Source of the DNA: Patescibacteria group bacterium
GTDB taxonomy: Bacteria > Patescibacteriota > Patescibacteriia > 2-01-FULL-39-33
Assembly (NCBI GenBank): GCA_041662745.1
Contig: JBAZRV010000003.1
Span: 108,051 to 140,050 of the forward strand
Direction: 5' to 3'
DNA: 32,000 nt
Within the stretch, counting starts at the first letter, position 1. Each line of letters opens with the position of its first letter. Below are positions 26,007 through 32,000 of the stretch, one piece after another. A program made the translations under genes and the position numbers. The notes beneath the pieces are model-generated. The model was given only the letters and a program-made list of their open reading frames with translations, had not been told where the DNA came from and did not search any database.

Positions 26007-27452
26007 ATGAAATACTTTCTTTACGCCCGCAAGTCAACAGACGAAGAGGAGCGTCAAGTCCTTTCTATTGAAGCCCAGCTCGCAGAGCTGATGGAGTTAG
26101 CCACCAAAGAAAAATTGGAAATTGCGGACTCGCTCTGCGAGTCCAAAACCGCCAAAGAACCAGGCCGAAAAATTTTTGGCGAAATGCTCTCTCGGATTGA
26201 AAAAGGTGAAGCCGACGGAATTTTAGCGTGGCACCCTGATCGATTGGCCAGAAATAGCGTGGACGGCGGTAAAATCATCTACATGGTGGATATCGGCCAG
26301 ATCAAAACGCTAAAATTCCCGACTTTTTGGTTTGAGAATACTCCGCAAGGGAAATTCATGCTCAATATCGCTTTCGGTCAGAGCAAATACTATGTTGATA
26401 ATTTAAGCGAAAATGTAAAACGCGGTTTCAGGCAAAAGCTAAGGCGCGGCGAATATCCTAACAAAGCGCCAATCGGTTATCTTAACGACCGTACAGCCAA
26501 AACCGTGCTTATTGATCCTCTACGCGCCAAGCTGATAATAAAAATGTTTGAAATGTATAACACAGGAGAATTTTCGCTTAAATTTCTTAAAGATAAGTTT
26601 TGCGATATCGGCTTGACCAGCAAGCGAGGCAAAATCCTGACTGTCGGCATGATTTCCAATATATTGAGCAATCCCTTTTATTGCGGAGTATTCAGGTTTA
26701 ATGGCGAAAAGTATCAAGGCAAATACGAGCCAATTATTTCCAAAAAGCTTTTTGATGAAGTTCAGGCGGTAATGAAAGATCGAGGCCGGCCATTAGGGCA
26801 AGATAAACACGACTTCGCCTTTACCGGACTGATGAAATGCAAATGTGGCGCCTGCATTACCGCCGAACGGCAAAAAGGCCATATCTATTATCGCTGTACG
26901 AAGAAAATGGGAATCTGCGACGAAAAATATATTCGCGAGGAAAACTTGCTGGAGCAATTCCATGGCCTTTTTCAAAAAGCTGTTTTGCCTGATGACTGGA
27001 TTCGTAATATGCTCGCCAAACTCGGCGAAGAAGAGAAAAGCGCTATCAAATCATCTTCTAGTCTGATTGATGAGGTAAAAACGCAAATAACGGTCACTGA
27101 AGGCAAGCTGGACAAGCTACTTGATGACCGATTAGAGGGTTTACTCGACAAGGACGACTATTTGCGCAAGAAAGAACAACTCATCAATCAGAAAATTGAT
27201 TTGGAGGACAAAATCCAGTCAATCAGGCAAACAGGAAATAATTGGCTCGAACCGATGAGAGAATTCCTTTTCGCCAATAAACAAACCAAAAAAGTCGCCA
27301 ACGACGGCGACCTTTTGGAAATCCGAGCATTTATTAAAAAAATCGGCTCGAACTTTATTTTGCAAGGCAAAAAATTTGAATTTAAGCCAAAAAACGGTTG
27401 GAATTCGGTTTTGAATTCGAAAAAATTGAACTGGCTGACTGACTCGGTCTAG
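26007..27452 (+). CDS. Large serine recombinase (resolvase domain, recombinase domain, zinc beta-ribbon), 481 aa
   Basis: MKYFLYARKSTDEEERQVLSIEAQL catalytic Ser region; ILAWHPDRLARNSVDGG; KAPIGYLND; NPFYCGVF; FTGLMKCKCGACITAERQKGHIYYRCTKK. Confidence 0.95.
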   Translation: MKYFLYARKSTDEEERQVLSIEAQLAELMELATKEKLEIADSLCESKTAKEPGRKIFGEMLSRIEKGEADGILAWHPDRLARNSVDGGKIIYMVDIGQIKTLKFPTFWFENTPQGKFMLNIAFGQSKYYVDNLSENVKRGFRQKLRRGEYPNKAPIGYLNDRTAKTVLIDPLRAKLIIKMFEMYNTGEFSLKFLKDKFCDIGLTSKRGKILTVGMISNILSNPFYCGVFRFNGEKYQGKYEPIISKKLFDEVQAVMKDRGRPLGQDKHDFAFTGLMKCKCGACITAERQKGHIYYRCTKKMGICDEKYIREENLLEQFHGLFQKAVLPDDWIRNMLAKLGEEEKSAIKSSSSLIDEVKTQITVTEGKLDKLLDDRLEGLLDKDDYLRKKEQLINQKIDLEDKIQSIRQTGNNWLEPMREFLFANKQTKKVANDGDLLEIRAFIKKIGSNFILQGKKFEFKPKNGWNSVLNSKKLNWLTDSV

Positions 27453-27733
27453 AACCGATCCATATCAAGTATTATAAGGGCTTTTCGAAAATATTTCCAG
27501 AGGCGATTTGAGGCGTCTCGGTCGGGGTAAAATATACTATGAAATGCGACAAATGCGACAGTACTTTGGAACTGTCTAAATATAGAATTTTGAGCAACAA
27601 AATGAGACAAATGAGACACAAAATGAGGTTTTCATAATGTAATATAAAAGTGTAATTTGTATCTAATTTTAGATTAAAAAAGAGCGAGACACACCTAAAA
27701 ATAACTGTCTCACTTTGTATAAAATTTTTGTGC

Positions 27734-27762
27734 TTGACAAACCTCTCAAAATAATATATAAT
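27734..27762 (+). promoter_or_regulatory. Perfect sigma70 consensus promoter of the radical SAM pair
   Basis: TTGACA (27734-27739), 17-nt spacer, TATAAT (27757-27762); AAGGAGG RBS before ATG 27856. Confidence 0.85.
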
Positions 27763-27855
27763 ATCATGTTAGTCAAAATGGCTAATTACTAAGAGGTACA
27801 TTAACATTTTACGGTATTTAACCAATCAACCCAACCCCAAACAAGGAGGAAATCC

Positions 27856-28968
27856 ATGAGTACTACGAACATGAGTTTTGCTATCAGACCGACAGACCGC
27901 TGTAACCTGAATTGTGACTATTGCTACGCCAGAGTCGCCGATCCAAAAGACATGAGTCCGGAGACACTGAGGTTGGTTTTGCAACGGATCGCCGATAGCT
28001 ATCCGGGGCATGTTACAATTAGTTGGACTGGCGGAGAACCGCTGCTGATGGGTCCCGATTTTTTTCAACGAATCGCCGAGATTCAGGCAGAGTTGCCGCA
28101 GGTGCAGTTTACCAATATTCTGCAAACCAATTTGACATTACTTCAGGATTGGGTCATCACTTTTTTGTCTGCTCACAATTGGCAGGTGCGCACCAGTCTC
28201 GATCTTCCGCCTGCCAATCATGACGAGCTGAGGATCAAAGGAAATTTCAATGCGACGATGATGCGCATACGGCGCCTACAAGAAGCCGGCGTGCCGGTCA
28301 ATATCAATACCGTCATAACGTCGAAAAACGTCGGATCAGCACCGGAGATATACTGGTTTCTTAATAACAACAGAATCAACAGTTTCTCTGTTTCGCGATT
28401 CATCTTGCAGGGTAACGGGGTGCAAAATGCCCATCTGGCAATTAAGGAGTCGACTCGTTTCGGCCGTTTCTTGATTGAATTGTTTGATCTTTGGATGGCC
28501 GATACCAGCGAAACGAAAATACGGAAAATCACGCCACTCAATACATTGATGGAAGCCTGCGAGTATTACATGCGCGGGAAAGTAAATCCGGAAGCGTGTT
28601 TCCATTGTCAAAATCAGGTTTACGCAATCGGACCGACTGGTGACATTTATCCGTCTTGCAACAAGTTTTTTGGCTTGCCCGGCACTTGCCTGGGCAACAT
28701 CTCTGAACTGGAGCTGGCGGACGTCACTGATTCTCCTGAACGCGTTGACTTTCTGGAACAGGTCAAGAAAGTTGGCGAGAAGGTTTGCATCGGCTGTCAG
28801 TACATGCCGATCTGCCGCGGTGGCTGTTACTATGTCGCTTTTGCCACTCTACCTGAATTGGACAAGATTACGAAACGTGACCAATTCTGCAAGGGATACT
28901 ATTTGGTGTTTGATCATATCATCGATTATCTGCAGAAAATGCGTCGAACAGAGGAGGCAATCCAATGA
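27856..28968 (+). CDS. Radical SAM protein with SPASM-type C-terminus (370 aa)
   Basis: RPTDRCNLNCDYCYARV (CxxxCxxC), ISWTGGEPLLMG, C-terminal CFHCQNQVYAIGPTGDIYPSCNKF...CIGCQYMPICRGGCYY. Confidence 0.93.
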   Translation: MSTTNMSFAIRPTDRCNLNCDYCYARVADPKDMSPETLRLVLQRIADSYPGHVTISWTGGEPLLMGPDFFQRIAEIQAELPQVQFTNILQTNLTLLQDWVITFLSAHNWQVRTSLDLPPANHDELRIKGNFNATMMRIRRLQEAGVPVNINTVITSKNVGSAPEIYWFLNNNRINSFSVSRFILQGNGVQNAHLAIKESTRFGRFLIELFDLWMADTSETKIRKITPLNTLMEACEYYMRGKVNPEACFHCQNQVYAIGPTGDIYPSCNKFFGLPGTCLGNISELELADVTDSPERVDFLEQVKKVGEKVCIGCQYMPICRGGCYYVAFATLPELDKITKRDQFCKGYYLVFDHIIDYLQKMRRTEEAIQ

Positions 28969-29978
28969 CTGCGATAACGACCATACCAGTGTTAAGATCG
29001 CTGAAGTTCGCGGTCGGCTATGACTGCAATATGCATTGCGGTTTCTGCCTTCAGCAAATGAGCGACCGAAAACCGATTCTGCCATTCGAGCTGGCTCATA
29101 AAATCCTGACGGAAGAAATGGTGGCTCGGGACGTACGACTTATTACTTTGACTGGCGGTGAACCGACCTTCGGCCCCTATCGTGAATTATCACTTAAGAT
29201 CATCAGGCTTGCCACGAGTCTGGGCATGGAGACGTCGATCTTCACTAATGGTGTTTTGCTTGATGATGCGACTCTCGATGAATTCAAGGTAGCCGGTCTG
29301 AGCCGTTTCCGGGTTAGTTTGTATGATCCGATTGATTGGACTGACGTCAGGAAACTGATCGCCGGATTGCGCCGGCGTGACTGGCCGACGATGTTCAAAT
29401 ACACAGTAACGAAAGAGAACTATCCGCTATTGGATTCTGTTCTCAAAATGTTGCCGGAAGCTGACATAGATTGGTTCCAGATTAAGCCGTACAATCGCTT
29501 GGAGATTGAACAGATCGACCAGCAGTACGAGCTTGAACCCAAGCAGGTACTGGCGATGGCCAAAACTTTGCTCGGTTTCCGCAGGAACTTTCCAGCGATC
29601 AAAGTTGATCTTCTGCCGCTCTGCTATGAATTCCTGGTGGATGACAGTTTGACTACCGATAACCTGAGTCTCTGCCACTGCGGCAAGGGTTCTCGCGGTT
29701 ACATGGTCATTGATCCCGAGGGCGAGGTTCGTATCTGCGGCGCTTATCCTGATCCGATCGGCAACGCCAATACCGACACCATCGCTGATTTGTGGATTAA
29801 CCATCCGCTATTAGCGCAAGTCAGGAATCTGGCAAATAGGCCGAGGCCAATCGAATGCCAGGACTGTAGCCATTGGGAAAAATGTGCTGCAACGGACTGC
29901 CATAGTGCGACCTTTGCCAAGTTCGGCAATTTCAATCATGGTAATCCGCAATGTCCGCTTATAGCCGGACGACAATAA
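28965..29978 (+). CDS. Second radical SAM protein with SPASM-type cysteines (337 aa)
   Basis: FAVGYDCNMHCGFCLQQ (CxxxCxxC), ITLTGGEPTFGP, CHCGKGSRGYMVIDPEGEVRICGAYPDP...CQDCSHWEKCAATDC; 4-nt overlap with the upstream gene. Confidence 0.92.
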   Translation: MTAITTIPVLRSLKFAVGYDCNMHCGFCLQQMSDRKPILPFELAHKILTEEMVARDVRLITLTGGEPTFGPYRELSLKIIRLATSLGMETSIFTNGVLLDDATLDEFKVAGLSRFRVSLYDPIDWTDVRKLIAGLRRRDWPTMFKYTVTKENYPLLDSVLKMLPEADIDWFQIKPYNRLEIEQIDQQYELEPKQVLAMAKTLLGFRRNFPAIKVDLLPLCYEFLVDDSLTTDNLSLCHCGKGSRGYMVIDPEGEVRICGAYPDPIGNANTDTIADLWINHPLLAQVRNLANRPRPIECQDCSHWEKCAATDCHSATFAKFGNFNHGNPQCPLIAGRQ

Positions 29979-29999
29979 CGTCAATAAACGTACATGATA

Positions 30000-30025
30000 C
30001 GCCGAGAACAAGGAAGTTCTCGGCG
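30000..30025 (+). terminator. Terminator of the radical SAM operon, CGCCGAGAAC-aaggaa-GTTCTCGGCG followed by TGTTTTTATTTT
   Basis: Perfect 10-bp stem with T-rich tail; same stem as 22001-22025. Confidence 0.85.
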
Positions 30026-30116
30026 TGTTTTTATTTTGTCAAAATTATAGTTTCCAACAGCTTATCAACTCAGGCCCCCTGGACTCCCTAGCGGGGTTGC
30101 GTCATTCATTAGTTAT

Positions 30117-31430
30117 ATGAATGAAACAACAGCGCCTGTGGGGGCTACGGGCACGATAATAGCCCCGCCAAAGGTCAAGTACTGCCTTTATGCAAGGAAA
30201 TCAACTGAGTCAGAGGAGCGGCAGATCCTATCCATAGACAGCCAGATCAAGGAGATGCTCTTATTGGCAGAAAAGGAGGGTTTAGATGTCGTAACCATGA
30301 AGCGTGAATCGCACTCAGCTAAGGAAACCGGCCAGCGACCAGTTTTTAATGAGATTATTGAGGAGATTAAGTCAGGTCAGTACAATGGGATTCTGACTTG
30401 GGCGCCAGATCGCATTAGCAGGAATGCCGGTGACTTGGGTAAAATCGTAGATTTGATGGATTCCGGGCTATTAAAAGACATCCGGACTTACGGCCAGAGA
30501 TTCGGCAATAATCCTAATGAGAAATTCTTACTGATGATCTTGGGATCTCAGGCTAAGCTGGAAAATGACAATAAAGCGGTCAATGTTAAAAGAGGACTAC
30601 GAAGCCGGTGTGCCATGGGTTGGAGGCCGGGCCAGGCGCCAACCGGTTACCTTAATGAAAAACATGTCGACAAAAAATGCCAATGCCGGTTAGATCCCAA
30701 AAGAGCGCCGATTATCAAACAGATGTTTGAAAAAGTCGCTAATGAGGGCTGGAGTGGCCGAAAAGTCTACCGCTGGCTTAAAGACATTGATTTTAAGACT
30801 AAAAACGGCAAGCACCTGGTGCTTGCCAATATCTATATTCTTCTTAGAAATCCATTCTATTATGGCGAGTTCGAATATCCAGTCAAAAGTGGCGTTTGGT
30901 ATACCGGCAAACATACGCCGATTATTACTAGGGAGATTTACGATAAGGTTCAGCTATTGCTGAGCGACCGCTATGTATCCAGAACGGAAAGCAAGGAATT
31001 CGCTTTCACCAAATTGTTCAAATGCGGCTATTGCGGATCGGGCATCTCGGCCGATGAGAAATTTAAGAAACTAAAAGATGGCGGCACCAACCGCCATGTC
31101 TATTACTTTTGCACCAAAGCGAGGGATATTGATTGCAAAAATCAGCCGATCAATGAAACCGATTTGATCAGCGAGCTGAACCGCTTAATGGACAAGATTG
31201 ATCTGGATGAGCTTGGCGTCAAGAAAAAATTAGAGGATGAAATGAGAAGGTATAACCGATTCAATGTCGGAGTGCTAGGCAAAAAGCAAAAGGAATTCAA
31301 TCAAGATGTGGATATTAGAAATTATGCAAAATACCTGCTTAGAGATGGCACTATTTTGGAAAAGAGAGAATTATTGGGTTGCCTGAAAAGTAAGGCGATA
31401 TTGAAGGATAGGAAAATTATTTTGGAGTAG
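30117..31430 (+). CDS. Second large serine recombinase (437 aa), distinct from the first
   Basis: KYCLYARKSTESEERQILSIDSQI; ILTWAPDRISRNAGDLG; QAPTGYLNE; NPFYYGEFEYP; LFKCGYCGSGISADEK...YYFCTK. Confidence 0.94.
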   Translation: MNETTAPVGATGTIIAPPKVKYCLYARKSTESEERQILSIDSQIKEMLLLAEKEGLDVVTMKRESHSAKETGQRPVFNEIIEEIKSGQYNGILTWAPDRISRNAGDLGKIVDLMDSGLLKDIRTYGQRFGNNPNEKFLLMILGSQAKLENDNKAVNVKRGLRSRCAMGWRPGQAPTGYLNEKHVDKKCQCRLDPKRAPIIKQMFEKVANEGWSGRKVYRWLKDIDFKTKNGKHLVLANIYILLRNPFYYGEFEYPVKSGVWYTGKHTPIITREIYDKVQLLLSDRYVSRTESKEFAFTKLFKCGYCGSGISADEKFKKLKDGGTNRHVYYFCTKARDIDCKNQPINETDLISELNRLMDKIDLDELGVKKKLEDEMRRYNRFNVGVLGKKQKEFNQDVDIRNYAKYLLRDGTILEKRELLGCLKSKAILKDRKIILE

Positions 31431-31483
31431 AAAAGTAATCAAAAATAATGCCTTCATAAAACTGTGGCATTTAGCTAATAATT

Positions 31484-31768
31484 TTACATTACACCCTCAG
31501 GACAATCAGTAATTATTTTTGTTGCTCGTTGTTTTCTATCCATCTCCTCTGCCTGTAAAGCCGAATTCAAATCGGCCAAATCATCAACTATTTTTGTTGC
31601 ATCTTTATAAACATTTTTTGCTTCATCATTCATTTTTGAAAGACTTATTTTAGGATCAAGCAATTTATGAACAAATCTATTTCTAATATTTTTATTAAAT
31701 TTTTTAAGATTTGCAATTAACTCCTTATCTTCGCAGTATTTATCTAGTTCAAAAATTAAATTTCCCAA
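31484..31768 (-). CDS. Hypothetical protein with HEPN-like RNxxxH motif, apparently 5'-truncated
   Basis: ...FNKNIRNRFVHKLLDPKISL...; same frame stays open upstream to about 31890 without ATG (YQFLISGSLTLSKFDTILYIDPSEEKYSKYTLGNLIF). Confidence 0.4.
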   Translation of the reverse strand: MGNLIFELDKYCEDKELIANLKKFNKNIRNRFVHKLLDPKISLSKMNDEAKNVYKDATKIVDDLADLNSALQAEEMDRKQRATKIITDCPEGVM

Positions 31769-31874
31769 AGTATATTTTGAATATTTTTCTTCACTGGGGT
31801 CAATATAAAGAATTGTGTCAAATTTACTAAGTGTTAGACTTCCTGAAATTAAAAATTGATAAGTAACGATTGTT

Positions 31875-32000
31875 GAGACTGTAAAATATTATGTGTAAAT
31901 GGTATCTTGGGATGTAGGACGATTGGCGTCCTGCCTAACCCAAGATCCTATGCCTAAAACAAAAAGAAGGCCGGCTGTCGATGAGCCGGCGAATGAGTTG
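31875..32000 (+). mobile_element. Left end of a probable IS256-family insertion sequence (continues beyond window)
   Basis: gagactgtaaaatattatgtgtaaa resembles a Mutator/IS256-type terminal repeat, followed by ATG at 31950 coding MPKTKRRPAVDEPANEL (partial). Right end is outside the window. Confidence 0.45.

Noticed and set aside
27601-27630. Tandem ATGAGACA-like repeats as a regulatory array
   Set aside because: Only two to three imperfect short copies; compatible with chance in AT-rich intergenic DNA.
28023-28611. Overlapping antisense or alternative-frame ORFs across the radical SAM genes
   Set aside because: Both radical SAM frames have clear motifs; the others lack RBS and motifs.
1-32000. 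CRISPR array or retron/DGR reverse transcriptase
   Set aside because: No regularly spaced direct repeats, no Cas proteins and no reverse transcriptase motif seen in any ORF.

Overview
The window reads as a bacterial chromosome segment with Candidate Phyla Radiation (Patescibacteria)-like features; this lineage call is inference from compact ribosomal genes, a short AlaRS and recombinase style. Conserved core (1-20 kb): partial UvrD/Rep-like helicase, tRNA-Gln(UUG), recR, an RsuA/RluB pseudouridine synthase, a glycosyltransferase/flippase cluster, a ribosomal/RNAP operon (infA-rpmJ-rpsM-rpsK-rpsD-rpoA-rplQ-rplM-rpsI), a short alaS, a PlsC-like acyltransferase, mnmA and an HI0933-family flavoprotein. 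Accessory region (20-32 kb): a stand-alone PEP/pyruvate-binding (PPDK N-domain-like) protein, a two-gene unit whose second ORF is split by two in-frame TAG codons, a membrane/lipoprotein/XRE cargo bracketed by perfect 121-bp inverted repeats, two large serine recombinases flanking a translationally coupled pair of radical SAM-SPASM proteins, and the start of an IS256-like element. Strongest novelty candidates: (1) a ~780-nt ORF-less transcription unit on the minus strand (about 1540-2320) with a near-consensus promoter, a long 5' stem, many local hairpins and a terminator, which I cannot assign to a known RNA class; (2) the 121-bp inverted repeats built from serine-recombinase 3' ends plus a 13-bp-stem hairpin; (3) the tandem radical SAM pair behind a perfect TTGACA-N17-TATAAT promoter; (4) an RNAP alpha subunit lacking a recognisable C-terminal domain and carrying a terminal AT-hook-like motif.
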